Assembly: GCA_050250895.1 (NCBI GenBank)
Contig: JBFWNU010000001.1
Span: forward strand, 1,480,008 to 1,544,007
DNA from: Vulcanimicrobiota bacterium
GTDB taxonomy: Bacteria > Vulcanimicrobiota > Xenobia > Xenobiales > JADMJV01
Length of the DNA: 64,000 nt
Reading direction: 5' to 3'
Every line of letters starts with the position of its first letter. Position 1 is the first letter of the stretch. This document shows, piece after piece, positions 9,086 through 19,247 of this stretch. The notes under the pieces were generated by a model. It was given only the letters and a program-made list of their open reading frames with translations, had not been told where the DNA came from and made no database searches. The position numbers and the translations under genes are program-made.

Positions 9086-10350
9086 CTTTAGCCAATCTCT
9101 ACGAGCGTCGCCGTCAGGCGCTGTCTGCACCGGTCGGCGAGGCCCTCGAAGCTGCCCTGGCCGGCCACGACCTCGAACGCGACCAGGCCCTGGTGCTGGC
9201 TCGCGTGCGGGGGGTCGAACTCGAGGCCCTGGTCCAGGTGGCCGACCACCTGCGCGAGCAACAGTGCGGCCACCAAGCCTCTTATGTGGTCAACCGCAAT
9301 GTCAACTTCACCAACGTTTGTATCAAGCGTTGCACCTTCTGTGCCTTCAGTCGCGACCACCGCTTGGAAGAAGCCTATTACTTGCCTCAACACGAGGTGC
9401 TTCGACGTATTCAAGAGGCCATCGAGTTGGGGGCCACCGAGGTGTGCGTGCAGGCCGGCCTGCCTCCCAAGATGGACGGATCGCTCTATGTCGAGCTGAC
9501 CCGGGCCATCAAGTCGCACTTTCCGACCCTTCACCTGCACGCCTTCTCTCCCGAAGAGGTGCTCTACGGGGCTATTCGTTCCCGCTCGAGTATCGGCGAG
9601 TATCTGCAACAGCTAAAAGAGGCCGGGCTCGACAGTTTGCCCGGCACCTCGGCCGAGATTCTCGACCAGGATCTGCGCGACAAGATCGCCCCTGGTCGGA
9701 TCACCGTCGAGCAGTGGACCGAGGTCATCGAAGCGGCCCACCAGTTGGGTTTGCCGACCACCTCGACCATGATGTTCGGCCATCTTGAAGCACCCGACCA
9801 CTGGGTGGACCATATGCTTTACCTGCGTGAGCTGCAAAAGCGAACCGGCGGCTTTAGCGAGTTCGTGCCTTTGAGTTTCGTGCATCAAGAGGCGCCCATG
9901 ATGACGCGACTCGAGGGGGTGCGGGCCGGGGCCACGGGCGCCGAGGTAGTGCTGGTGCACGCGTTAGCCCGAGTGCTGTTAGGCGCGCATCTGCGCAACA
10001 TCCAGGCTTCCTGGGTCAAAGAAGGACCCAAGCTGGCTCAGATTTTGCTGGCGGCCGGCTGTAACGACCTGGGGGGGACCCTGATCAACGAGAGTATTTC
10101 GACTTCGGCCGGGGCATCGTTCGGGCAGCTGGTGCCTCCGGCCGAACTGCGACGGATTTTGCGAGACGCGGGTCGCTTGCCCGTTCAGCGCAACACTCTC
10201 TATGGGGTCGTGCGTCGCTTCGAGAGCGAGCCCCTGCGCCCGGACGCTCTAGATCAGGTGGCCGACCCAGAAGGCCGCTTCGGTTCGTTTCAGCAGTTGG
10301 TGGCCGCCAAGGAACACCGCTTCGTGCATCCTCTGCGCGTGCTCAGCTGA
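9082..10350 (+). CDS. cofH: FO synthase subunit CofH (radical SAM)
   Basis: VVNRNVNFTNVCIKRCTFCAFS, PGTSAEIL, NIQASWVK, NDLGGTL.NESI; coupled to cofG. Confidence 0.92.
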   Translation: MTLANLYERRRQALSAPVGEALEAALAGHDLERDQALVLARVRGVELEALVQVADHLREQQCGHQASYVVNRNVNFTNVCIKRCTFCAFSRDHRLEEAYYLPQHEVLRRIQEAIELGATEVCVQAGLPPKMDGSLYVELTRAIKSHFPTLHLHAFSPEEVLYGAIRSRSSIGEYLQQLKEAGLDSLPGTSAEILDQDLRDKIAPGRITVEQWTEVIEAAHQLGLPTTSTMMFGHLEAPDHWVDHMLYLRELQKRTGGFSEFVPLSFVHQEAPMMTRLEGVRAGATGAEVVLVHALARVLLGAHLRNIQASWVKEGPKLAQILLAAGCNDLGGTLINESISTSAGASFGQLVPPAELRRILRDAGRLPVQRNTLYGVVRRFESEPLRPDALDQVADPEGRFGSFQQLVAAKEHRFVHPLRVLS

Positions 10351-10717
10351 GCCGGGCCAGGTTAAAGCCGCACACGACCGCCGCCAGACCGACCACCAGA
10401 TGGATCGAGAGGTTCGCCAGGGCCATCCACCAGGCCGACTGTTCTAGCATGCGATAGGTTTCGAGACTAAAAGTCGAAAAGGTGGTGAAGCTGCCCAGAA
10501 AGCCCGTCATGAAGAATAGCTTGGGCAGATCCCCCGGGTCTTGCCCGACCTCGATCCGCCCCGCTATCAACCCGATCAACAGACACCCGAGCAGGTTGGC
10601 CGCCATCGTGCCGTAGGGAAAATCGGGGCCGGCCAGGCGCAGAAACAGACGGGTCATGCCGTGGCGACTGAGAGCGCCCAGAAACCCCCCTGCGCCGATC
10701 GCCAGCCATTGATTCAT
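10343..10717 (-). CDS. crcB: Fluoride efflux channel Fluc/CrcB
   Basis: GGFLGALSR, FPYGT..AN, TGFLGSFTTFSTF. Confidence 0.95.
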   Translation of the reverse strand: MNQWLAIGAGGFLGALSRHGMTRLFLRLAGPDFPYGTMAANLLGCLLIGLIAGRIEVGQDPGDLPKLFFMTGFLGSFTTFSTFSLETYRMLEQSAWWMALANLSIHLVVGLAAVVCGFNLARLS

Positions 10718-10882
10718 TCTTCGAGGTTGGCCCTTGGACTCGGCTGTTCCTGGAGTTTGGCAAAGAAAAAGGAGTGAAATGGCAATATTCCGTTAACCCA
10801 GTTAACAAATTCTTAACCAGAAAAAGGGCGCCATGAACTCGATTTGGCGCTAAACTAGGAAGGAACCTATTCGGAGGGCAAC

Positions 10883-11629
10883 GTGGATTTGAAAGCCGCG
10901 CTAGACAGGATTAAAGAGGGCGTGCAGAACGGGGTAGATGCAGTTCGCGACTACGCCGACGACAACCCCGACACCGTTCGCAAGGTCGGTCCCATCGCGA
11001 CCGGACTGCTAATCTTCTTAGGAGCTCTGATGGTCTTCAGAGCCTATCGCGAAGTACCTCGCGAAGCCGATCCCGGACGCGGACACCCGCTGGCCGCGGT
11101 CCAGGAATATGACGCGCAACCGGCCGCCCAGCCTCTGCCAGAGGCTACCACCTCGGAGCGTGGCCACCCCCTGGCCGCCGAAGAGACCGGACCGGCCCCG
11201 AGCGAGCCGGTGGCTCAAGAAGAAGAAGCTTATCCCGAGGTGGCCGAGCAACCCACTTATCAACCCGCTGCTGCCCCCGTGGCCGCTCCTTCCGACGCTT
11301 TGGATGATTCGGCCAACGATGCCGGGGTGGCGCTGGCCCGGTTCTTCCACAACCTTGACGAGCACAACTATGGCGAGGCCTACCGCGGCCTCTCGGCCGA
11401 CTGGCAGGCCTCGCTGCCCTACGAGCGCTTCGCTTACGGATATAGCACGACCGAAGCGCTCAACTGCGAGGTCGAGCATGTGCGTCGCTTCGAAGACGGC
11501 CGGGTCCGCGTGGCGGTCACCCTGGACGCCATCGAGAACGGGACCCGCTCGCGCTATGTCGCTAGCTACCTGATGATCTCCGAGGGTGGCGAGTGGCGTC
11601 TCGACCGCGGCCTGCAGCTGCGGATCTAG
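10883..11629 (+). CDS. Single-TM protein with Pro/Ala linker and NTF2-like C-terminal domain
   Basis: TM segment, duplicated RGHPLAA, then FFHNL...Y.EAY..LS..WQ...EGGEWRL. Confidence 0.55.
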   Translation: MDLKAALDRIKEGVQNGVDAVRDYADDNPDTVRKVGPIATGLLIFLGALMVFRAYREVPREADPGRGHPLAAVQEYDAQPAAQPLPEATTSERGHPLAAEETGPAPSEPVAQEEEAYPEVAEQPTYQPAAAPVAAPSDALDDSANDAGVALARFFHNLDEHNYGEAYRGLSADWQASLPYERFAYGYSTTEALNCEVEHVRRFEDGRVRVAVTLDAIENGTRSRYVASYLMISEGGEWRLDRGLQLRI

Positions 11630-11643
11630 CCACAACGATAGCC

Positions 11644-12036
11644 TTAGCCCATCGCGGATGAAGCGGTGGGCTTGATTTTGTAAATCACTCGGGTCTCGGC
11701 AGGGCTGCGATAGGGGTAGCTATCGACCCCCAGGTATTTCTTGGCCAGCATGTCGATGTGGGCATCGGCGCCTTCTTCGGTGATTGTGACCACTTCGCCC
11801 CGCACTTCCAGATAGCGGTAACTGTTGTCGGGGTCGAGCATCGACAGGGCCACCTGCGGACGGGCCCGCATGTTCTTGTCTTTGCGGCGGCCTTTAGCCG
11901 AGTTGACCTCGATCATGCCATCGCGATAGTGAAACCAGACCGGCGTCGATTGGGGAGTGCCATCGGGTAGAAGTGTACAAAGGTGCGCCAGCACCGGCTT
12001 TTCAAGAATGTCTTGATAGTTATCAGGGATACTCAT
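11644..12036 (-). CDS. PPOX-class (FDOR-B) putative F420-dependent oxidoreductase
   Basis: HLCTLLPDGTPQSTPVWF, R.K.KN...PQVALS.LDPDN.YRYLEVRG. Confidence 0.85.
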   Translation of the reverse strand: MSIPDNYQDILEKPVLAHLCTLLPDGTPQSTPVWFHYRDGMIEVNSAKGRRKDKNMRARPQVALSMLDPDNSYRYLEVRGEVVTITEEGADAHIDMLAKKYLGVDSYPYRSPAETRVIYKIKPTASSAMG

Positions 12037-12105
12037 CTGGGGCGATTCGCTGGTCGAGCAAGGCTTCCCTAGGGGTTCTGGTTGTGGTATCCTGACCAGT
12101 ACACC

Positions 12106-14523
12106 ATGCAGGCGGATCGGGTCCCTTCAATAGTCTTTTCTCGGACTGCTCCTAAGTCCGCCCATGCCCGCGAGGCGCCACCCACCAAGGCGGATCAGAT
12201 CACCGCCGATCTGTATCAGTCGCTGGGTATCGAGGCGCCTGAGACTCCCCAACCTCCACCCCCGGCCAAACCCAGACGCTCTCTGCCGGGCCGCGTTTTG
12301 CGTGGCCTCGGCTGGTTGGGAGCGGCCGTCGGAGCCGGAGCCGGCGTGGTCGGAGCGATCGGTTACACCGCCAACCGCGAGGCTTTGAAGACCCCGGCTG
12401 TATCGCTCTACCTCGACGCCGAGCTGTTTTCGACGCCCAATCTCAGCCCGACGACCACGACCAACGCGCCGGTCCAGGCCCAGGCCGGCCGCAGTTGGAA
12501 TCTGGCCGACTCGCCGGTGACGGTCTTTCTGCCCAGCGACACCGTCCGCCAGGTCGTGGACGACCTGGCCGAGACGGCCCCCATCGCGCGCCTGCTCGAG
12601 CAGAAGATCGCTCAGGTCCGCCAGGATGTGCAGCAGAAGCTAGGTCAGTTGGCAGTGCCTGACAACGACCTGCTGCTGGATCTCGACATTCCGCTGCCCA
12701 CCGGCGACCGGCCCTTCTTTCACCTGGGCGAGCAGAACCTGCCCTCGGGTGGCTTGCGCGAACTGCAAAGCGAATCCGTTCCGCTCTCTTTACATGTAAG
12801 CGCCGAGCCGATCACCACCGGAATCGACCTGGAACTCGAGCTGATGCAGGGGGCCAGGGCCCCCGAGGGGGGCGGCCCGGGTTTGTTTCTGGGCACGGCC
12901 CGAGCCCGGGTGACCGCCGGCCCCGAGCTGGTGATTCGTGGTCAGGCCGACCTGCGCCACGACCTCGATGGCGAAGTGACTCGCTCTAAACTCGAGGCGC
13001 TCGAACCAGGGCCGAGCGAGTTGCGGTCGCGGCTCGAGAGGCGGCTCTATGAGGGACGCCAGCTGAGCCAGCATCAAGGTGTGCGGGACTCGCTGGAAAC
13101 GGCCCTCGATTCGCAGTCGGTCGAGTTCGAGGGGCACGTGCGAAACGGTGACAAGCCTCTGGCCGAGGTGCTCTTTCACCTCTGGCTCAGCCCCGATAGC
13201 AACGGTGACGGTCGGGCCGAGGTGAAGGTGACCCAGCAGGCCGATCTGGACCGACTCGAGGCCATGCGGATCGAGGTCACCCGTCTCGAGAACACCGGTC
13301 AGGCTCCTGAAGGCAGGTTGGCGCGTTGGCTGCATTCCACCGCGGGTGACTATTTCGAGGAGGGCGTGCGGGCCGCCCTGCCCGAGGCCACGGCTGCGCT
13401 CCAGAAGATCGCTGTAGAGAAAGTGGGCGAACAGTTGGCCAGGACCAGCCCCGAGGTGGCGCTGCGAGCCAATCGGGTGGTCGACTCGGCTTTCCAGGTG
13501 GGCGACGAAGGGATCACCATTCATTCTACCCACCAGGGGGTATCGGACCTGACCTTCTGGCTGGGTCAGGTTCAGGTAGGACAAGACGGTACTCTGGCCG
13601 TGGCTATCAAGACCAGGCCCGGTCTGGGCGAAGTGCCCGATCAGCAACTGCCACCCGGCATGTCGCTGGCCGCGGGTGAAGCCGGGGTCAAGCTCGACGG
13701 CACCTTGCTCAACACCCACCTGCGCGACCAGAGCGACGGCGGTAGCATCGACTGGAGGTCGTTCCTCGAGAAGGTCGAGAACGGGGCCGACCTGCGCGAG
13801 GTGTCTTTCGGCTGCGATACGGCTGGCCGCCCTTGCTGGCCGCGCCTTGTCCTTGACCAGGGGAGACCCGCCGTGGTCTTTGATGTGAATGTGATTCCCA
13901 ACGGGGCCAAGCCGGTAGAAGGGGTGACCGGGTTGGTGGCCGGAGCCACCGGCGCCCTCGATGGCGGAGCGGCCAAGCTGCAGAAAGGCCTGGAAGAGAA
14001 GACCGGGCTCTTCGGAACCATTGTCGGCGGCATCATTCGTATTCCCACCGCCGTGATCGACGGCGCAGTCGGAGTGGGAAAGGTGGTGGTCGACAACACC
14101 GCCGGGCTGGTGGTGGACACCACCAGCGAAGCCCTGACCCGGCCGAGCATTCACACCGGAGTGGTCGTGCCGCTCAAGCTCGACTTCGACAAAGAGGGCC
14201 TCAACGTTGTTCCACTGGGCGATGGGGTGCGCTTTTCCAACCCTGAGCAAAAGGTCCCCTTCGACGTGACCGACTTGATTCCGACCCGGGCGCTGGCGAA
14301 CCTGATCGCTCGCACCGTGGCTTCGGCAGCCGGACCCTCGCAGGTCGGAGAGCAGGCCGAGAAGGTCAATCTAGACGTCAACCTCGAGCGACTCGGCGCC
14401 GAGATCGCCGAGCTAGGCTGGAGCGGCGGCAAAGAGAATCCAGATCTGGTGGTCAAGCTGAAGGTCAACCCTCAGGCGGCTGAGTGGATCGCCGCCAAAG
14501 CCGTCACCGGGCTCGAGCGTTAG
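12106..14523 (+). CDS. Large hypothetical protein with N-terminal hydrophobic anchor
   Basis: About 805-aa ORF; Pro-rich N-terminus, one hydrophobic stretch, beta-rich body. Confidence 0.7.
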   Translation: MQADRVPSIVFSRTAPKSAHAREAPPTKADQITADLYQSLGIEAPETPQPPPPAKPRRSLPGRVLRGLGWLGAAVGAGAGVVGAIGYTANREALKTPAVSLYLDAELFSTPNLSPTTTTNAPVQAQAGRSWNLADSPVTVFLPSDTVRQVVDDLAETAPIARLLEQKIAQVRQDVQQKLGQLAVPDNDLLLDLDIPLPTGDRPFFHLGEQNLPSGGLRELQSESVPLSLHVSAEPITTGIDLELELMQGARAPEGGGPGLFLGTARARVTAGPELVIRGQADLRHDLDGEVTRSKLEALEPGPSELRSRLERRLYEGRQLSQHQGVRDSLETALDSQSVEFEGHVRNGDKPLAEVLFHLWLSPDSNGDGRAEVKVTQQADLDRLEAMRIEVTRLENTGQAPEGRLARWLHSTAGDYFEEGVRAALPEATAALQKIAVEKVGEQLARTSPEVALRANRVVDSAFQVGDEGITIHSTHQGVSDLTFWLGQVQVGQDGTLAVAIKTRPGLGEVPDQQLPPGMSLAAGEAGVKLDGTLLNTHLRDQSDGGSIDWRSFLEKVENGADLREVSFGCDTAGRPCWPRLVLDQGRPAVVFDVNVIPNGAKPVEGVTGLVAGATGALDGGAAKLQKGLEEKTGLFGTIVGGIIRIPTAVIDGAVGVGKVVVDNTAGLVVDTTSEALTRPSIHTGVVVPLKLDFDKEGLNVVPLGDGVRFSNPEQKVPFDVTDLIPTRALANLIARTVASAAGPSQVGEQAEKVNLDVNLERLGAEIAELGWSGGKENPDLVVKLKVNPQAAEWIAAKAVTGLER

Positions 14524-15484
14524 CCAGCACCAACCCGGCCGCGGGCTCGTCCTCGAGGCTTTCCCCGCGGGCCCATTTCTTGAGGGCCACTCGGAGTTGC
14601 CTGCGTTCCAGTTGGGTGGGGCTCTCGAAAGACGGTAGGTCGGGGCCTGGCTGCAGCTGCAACTTGCCGCGCAGATAAGCGCGGGTGGCCCACAGGACGG
14701 CCTCGAGGCGAGCCAGTCTTTGGTGTCGCACCAGCGAGTCACGGAGGTCTTGCTCTCGCTCGGGGGAGGGCTCCTTGTCGGCCTCGAGATAGTCGGCCAG
14801 GGCCTGGGGCAGATTGCCATGCTTGAGCAGTTGGCGGGCGCGCAGCAAGAGAGGACCATCGGACGCCTCGACCAGGAACAGGTCCAAGTCGGCCACGTGC
14901 TCGAGCAAGGCCCATCCGAGCGACGGCTCGAGAGCGCCGACACTGGCGGCCATGCGAGCCAGTTGGTGCGGGTGCCAATGAAACCACTCGAGCGTCAGGT
15001 CCGGCCAACGCCGGCCCACCAGATGCAGGCCGCGGGCTACCAGTTCCGACTTGTCCGGTCGTCGACCCAATTTCTCGAAGTGGATGAGACACGGGTCGGG
15101 AGCCCGGGCAAGTTGGCATCGCTGGGCCGGAGGTAGACCGAGCAACTCGACCAGGGCCGCCTGCGGCCGCCCTTCGGCCGTAAACGGCGGGCCCGCGAGC
15201 CGCTCCATCCAGGTGAGCAGTTCGGGCCAGTCGACCTGCCCGCGCAGCAGCCAGTCTTCCAGCAAAGCCAGACATTTAGGCAGAAACTTCTGGGGGGTCT
15301 GCTCGAGGCGTCCGACTAGCTCGGGCAAGTGAGTCTCGAGCTCTTGCAGGTCGCTCGGTTCGGGGGGATAGATGGCCAGAAAGGCGAGGCTGCAAGTCAG
15401 TTCGCGTCGCACGGGGTTGGCCAGTTGGGCCCACTCGGCTCGCGCCGGGAGGGCCAGTTTGCAGTTTTCGAGAGTCCTGGTCAT
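14504..15484 (-). CDS. Hypothetical helical protein
   Basis: ATG overlaps the stop of the upstream minus-strand gene; Leu-rich. Confidence 0.6.
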   Translation of the reverse strand: MTRTLENCKLALPARAEWAQLANPVRRELTCSLAFLAIYPPEPSDLQELETHLPELVGRLEQTPQKFLPKCLALLEDWLLRGQVDWPELLTWMERLAGPPFTAEGRPQAALVELLGLPPAQRCQLARAPDPCLIHFEKLGRRPDKSELVARGLHLVGRRWPDLTLEWFHWHPHQLARMAASVGALEPSLGWALLEHVADLDLFLVEASDGPLLLRARQLLKHGNLPQALADYLEADKEPSPEREQDLRDSLVRHQRLARLEAVLWATRAYLRGKLQLQPGPDLPSFESPTQLERRQLRVALKKWARGESLEDEPAAGLVLANARAR

Positions 15485-16545
15485 TTTCCGAGTATGGTGA
15501 GGGGCGCCTGGAGCAGGCGTGGGGCTTCCCAGACTTCTTCCAGCCAACCTTTGAGGGCGCCTACGTAGGCGTCTTCGCAGGCTCGAAAGGTCGATTCCTC
15601 GAGGCCTCCAAAGGTGCCACTATATTCCTGGCCTTTCTCGTCCCGGCCGATCCAGCTTCCGTAGAGAAAACGATCTCCATCACTCAGGCCGGCCTTCCAT
15701 ACCCCCTCGAAGGGAACGCCGTGGATCCTTCCCCGGATCGGTCCTACGAAAGTCTCTTCGCTGTCGGCCTCGGCTTCTCCCTGAAGATCGAGCTTCCAGT
15801 CGTAGTCGCTGGCCGAGGACTCGTAGGTGCCCTGGAGCTTTCCCTCCTGCAGGTCCAGGGCGAGTTTTCCTACCGAACGTTCGAACGCTTCCTTGAGAGT
15901 GCCCAAGAAACGATTCGGCTTGACCTCGGGTTGGTCGAGCAAGAACAGCGAGGCCGCCTCGAAGAGGTGGGCCAGATCGTGAATGTGAAAAACCAGTCCT
16001 CGCTCGCGCTCGATCTGAACTCGCTCTTCCGGCGTCAGCATCATCACCGACACCAGCTGGTCACTCCCTTCACAGAGCTCGAAGCGATAGTAGGGGTGAA
16101 TCAGCAGTTGGTTGACTTCTTTGAGAATCTCGACGTCGATCAGGTTGGGTGAGTGGAGCGCCTCGAGGGTGTAAGGAAACTCCTCCACCAGAAATTCGAC
16201 CCAGATCGGACCCTGAGGCCCGTCCCATCGCTCCTTAATGGATGCTGGTGCGAAGGCGCCGCGCGAAATGGCCGCCCATTGCCGAAGGGTGTCTTCATAG
16301 ACCCGCTTCTCGGCCTCAATCGTTTGATCGGGATCCTCGGTCCAGACGCGAATCTCATCCCAGCGCAGGGCTTGCAGATCGGCGGTGAAGTCTTGAGGGT
16401 CAAACACTCCGCCGGCCTCTTCTTCAAGAGCGATCAAGACCTCGACCAGATCTTGATCTTCGAGTTCGCGATAGGCCCCGAAAAAGCCGAAGGGCCGATA
16501 GTAGCGGACCAGGCCCAACAACCAGGATTCTACTGCATCACTCAT
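15481..16545 (-). CDS. Hypothetical protein
   Basis: Acidic, aromatic-rich ORF with plausible coding composition. Confidence 0.7.
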   Translation of the reverse strand: MSDAVESWLLGLVRYYRPFGFFGAYRELEDQDLVEVLIALEEEAGGVFDPQDFTADLQALRWDEIRVWTEDPDQTIEAEKRVYEDTLRQWAAISRGAFAPASIKERWDGPQGPIWVEFLVEEFPYTLEALHSPNLIDVEILKEVNQLLIHPYYRFELCEGSDQLVSVMMLTPEERVQIERERGLVFHIHDLAHLFEAASLFLLDQPEVKPNRFLGTLKEAFERSVGKLALDLQEGKLQGTYESSASDYDWKLDLQGEAEADSEETFVGPIRGRIHGVPFEGVWKAGLSDGDRFLYGSWIGRDEKGQEYSGTFGGLEESTFRACEDAYVGALKGWLEEVWEAPRLLQAPLTILGK

Positions 16546-16589
16546 TCCAGGCAAGAACCCTTCGCAGAGCGACGAAGGGTCGCCTGCCA

Positions 16590-16985
16590 ATGCATCCTGA
16601 ACTAGCCCCCCTCTATCGATCCGAACACCCCGAGCAGAGTGTGCTCGCTTTGAAACGCTTCTTGCTAGTGGCTAAAAGCCGCGGCGACGCGGCTCTATGC
16701 GCCGAGTTGCTCGGGTTGGTGGCCCGCTGCCAGTGGCTGGCCGGCGAACTCGATGCCGCCCAGGAGAGCCTCAACGATGTCGAGTTCGTCTTGATCGACT
16801 CGAAATTGCGGGGGGGGCAGGTCGAAGCCCGCTACCTGATGGAGCGGGCTCTCTGGTTTGCCGCCTGCGGTCTGGCCGCACCGGCCGCCAAGAGCGCCCG
16901 CGAGAGCCTGGCCCTGGCCGAGGAGCCTCTGGCCGGCGAACTCGAGGCGCTCTGGAGCGAGTTATCCGACGGCCGTCGGGGCTAG
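16590..16985 (+). CDS. Hypothetical TPR-like helical protein
   Basis: AELLGLVARCQWLAGELDAAQESL pattern; divergent from the upstream gene. Confidence 0.55.
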   Translation: MHPELAPLYRSEHPEQSVLALKRFLLVAKSRGDAALCAELLGLVARCQWLAGELDAAQESLNDVEFVLIDSKLRGGQVEARYLMERALWFAACGLAAPAAKSARESLALAEEPLAGELEALWSELSDGRRG

Positions 16986-17972
16986 TTTCGAGGCCAGGTA
17001 TTCCTCGGCTTCCATGGCCGCTTTACAGCCCATTCCGGCGGCCGTAATGGCTTGTCGATAGCGTTTGTCCACCACGTCACCGCAGGCATAGACCCCTTCG
17101 AGGTTGGTCTTCACGTCTTCGGTTACGCTGTGGCCCTTGACGGTGACGATGTAGCCCTCTTCGTCGGTGGTCACCCGGCCTCCCAAAAAATCGGTATTGG
17201 GAATGTGGCCAATGCCCAGGAACATGCCATCACAAGCCACCGTTCGGCGCTCGGTGCGAGGGTCATCGAGCTTGTCTGAAGGTGCCCCCTCGGGATGGGT
17301 GATCACCTCGACCCCACTCACCGCCCCCGTTTCATGGTCGCCCAGCACGCTGACGACTTCGCTGTTCCACAGGAACTCGATCTTGGCGTGCTCGAGGGCC
17401 CGCTGCTGCATGATTTTCGAGGCTCGCAAGGCTTCGCGCCGGTGGATCACGATCACCTTGGTGGCGAATCGAGTCAGAAAGAGGGCCTCTTCCATGGCCG
17501 AATCCCCGCCCCCGATGACGGTGACCACCTGGTCGCGAAAGAAGGCTCCGTCGCAGGTGGCGCACGAACTGACCCCACGTCCGAACATCTCGCCTTCGCC
17601 GGGCACGTCGAGGCGTCGGGCTCTGGCTCCGGTGGCCAGAATCAGCGAGTCGGCGGTGATGCGCTTGCCGTTGTCGAGTTCGACCGTATACGGCGGTCCG
17701 CCATCTTCGAGCCTGGCGATCAGGCCATACTCGTAGCGGGCGCCGAAGCGCTGAGCTTGCTGCTTCATATTTTCGATCAGGTCAAAGCCCCCAACCCCCT
17801 CGGGAAAGCCCGGAAAGTTCTCGACATCCGACGTCAAGGAGAGCTGACCACCGGGCTCGTTGCCCTCGAGCACCAGGGGTTTGAGGTCGGCGCGAGCGGC
17901 GTAGATGGCGGCCGTGTGACCGGCACAACCTGACCCGGCGATGAGCACGCTGACGTGTTCGGAATTCGACAT
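16962..17972 (-). CDS. trxB: Thioredoxin reductase
   Basis: GSGCAG, GGQL..TSDVENFPG, CATCDG, GGGDSAMEEA, YRQAITAAG. Confidence 0.95.
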   Translation of the reverse strand: MSNSEHVSVLIAGSGCAGHTAAIYAARADLKPLVLEGNEPGGQLSLTSDVENFPGFPEGVGGFDLIENMKQQAQRFGARYEYGLIARLEDGGPPYTVELDNGKRITADSLILATGARARRLDVPGEGEMFGRGVSSCATCDGAFFRDQVVTVIGGGDSAMEEALFLTRFATKVIVIHRREALRASKIMQQRALEHAKIEFLWNSEVVSVLGDHETGAVSGVEVITHPEGAPSDKLDDPRTERRTVACDGMFLGIGHIPNTDFLGGRVTTDEEGYIVTVKGHSVTEDVKTNLEGVYACGDVVDKRYRQAITAAGMGCKAAMEAEEYLASKLAPTAVG

Positions 17973-18084
17973 GAGAAAGCTCCTAGAATGGTAAGATGGC
18001 CTCAGGGCGTTTGCCAGTTTAACAAGTCCTTCCCAACTTGTAAATCGAGCAGGGATTCGAACAACCGCAGGCGCAGCAATCTGC

Positions 18085-18978
18085 ATGGGTTGTCAAAAGA
18101 TTTTGGGACAAGAGATTGCGGGGCGTGTTCGTCAGCGAGTCAAAGAGCGAGCCGCTGAATTCAAAGCCCGGACCGGGGTGGTTGCAGGGTTGGCAACCTT
18201 GCTGGTGGGCGATGACCCGGCCAGTCACACGTACGTGCGCATGAAGCATCAGGCCTGCAGCGAGTCGGGACTGCGTTCGTTTGGCAAGAACCTGCCTTCG
18301 ACCGCCACCCAGGCCGAGGTCGAAGCGGCTGTGCGCGAACTGGCCGACAATCCCGATGTGCACGGCATTCTGGTGCAGTTGCCGCTGCCTGCCCATATCG
18401 ATGAGGCGGCGGTATTGGCCGGCGTTCCCCTCGAGAAGGACGTGGACGGATTTCATCCGGTCAACATGGGTCTGTTGGCCCAGAAGGGCTCGAAGCCACA
18501 CTTCGTACCCTGCACTCCGGCCGGCTGCATGGTCTTGCTCGAAGAGAGCGGGATCACCCTCGAAGGAGCCCGGGCGGTGGTGGTCGGTCGGAGCAATATC
18601 GTCGGCATGCCGGTGGCCTTGTTGTTGCTCGAACGCAACGCCACCGTGACCATTGTCCATTCCCGCACCAAGGACATGACGGCTCACCTCAAAGAGGCCG
18701 ATGTGGTGGTGGTGGCCATCGGCAAGCCGGGCTTTATCACCGGCGAGATGCTCAAGCCCGGGGCGGCCGTCATCGATGTCGGCATCAATAAGATCGACGC
18801 GCCCGACCATCCGCGCGGCTATCGCATCGTCGGCGATGTCGACTTCCCATCGGCCGAGAAGGTGGCCGGTTATTTGACCCCGGTTCCGGGTGGGGTCGGG
18901 CCGATGACCATTGCGATGCTGTTGTCCAACACTCTCGAGGCCGCCCTGGCGGCAACACCGGAGCCCGCCCGGCCGTGA
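18085..18978 (+). CDS. folD: Methylenetetrahydrofolate dehydrogenase/cyclohydrolase
   Basis: YVRMK, LVQLPLP, KDVDGFHP, PCTPAG, TPVPGGVGPMT. Confidence 0.97.
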   Translation: MGCQKILGQEIAGRVRQRVKERAAEFKARTGVVAGLATLLVGDDPASHTYVRMKHQACSESGLRSFGKNLPSTATQAEVEAAVRELADNPDVHGILVQLPLPAHIDEAAVLAGVPLEKDVDGFHPVNMGLLAQKGSKPHFVPCTPAGCMVLLEESGITLEGARAVVVGRSNIVGMPVALLLLERNATVTIVHSRTKDMTAHLKEADVVVVAIGKPGFITGEMLKPGAAVIDVGINKIDAPDHPRGYRIVGDVDFPSAEKVAGYLTPVPGGVGPMTIAMLLSNTLEAALAATPEPARP

Positions 18979-19247
18979 TCATCATCGGGTGGGGGCACCA
19001 GAAGCTCAAGCGGCTTGGGCCGGTCAACAAGCTCGTCTGTCCCAACTGCCGCAACGAAGATTTCTGGGAATTGCGCCAGGTCAGCACCTGGTTCACCTTC
19101 TTCTTCATCCCGATCTTTCCTTATAGCAGCCAGAGCTATCTCTGTTGTCCCATCTGCGCGGCCTCGCGCGAGGTAGAGGGCAGCGAACTAGAGGCCTGTC
19201 GCAGCCAGGCAGAGCAGAATCTGGCTCGTCTCAAGGAGACGGGATGA
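18975..19247 (+). CDS. Zinc-ribbon domain protein
   Basis: CPNC...WFTFFFIPIFP...CPIC. Confidence 0.8.
   Translation: MIIIGWGHQKLKRLGPVNKLVCPNCRNEDFWELRQVSTWFTFFFIPIFPYSSQSYLCCPICAASREVEGSELEACRSQAEQNLARLKETG

Noticed and set aside
10718-10880. Fluoride riboswitch upstream of crcB
   Set aside because: Could not find the GGCGATG...CGCC / GCTGATGAC core on the minus strand
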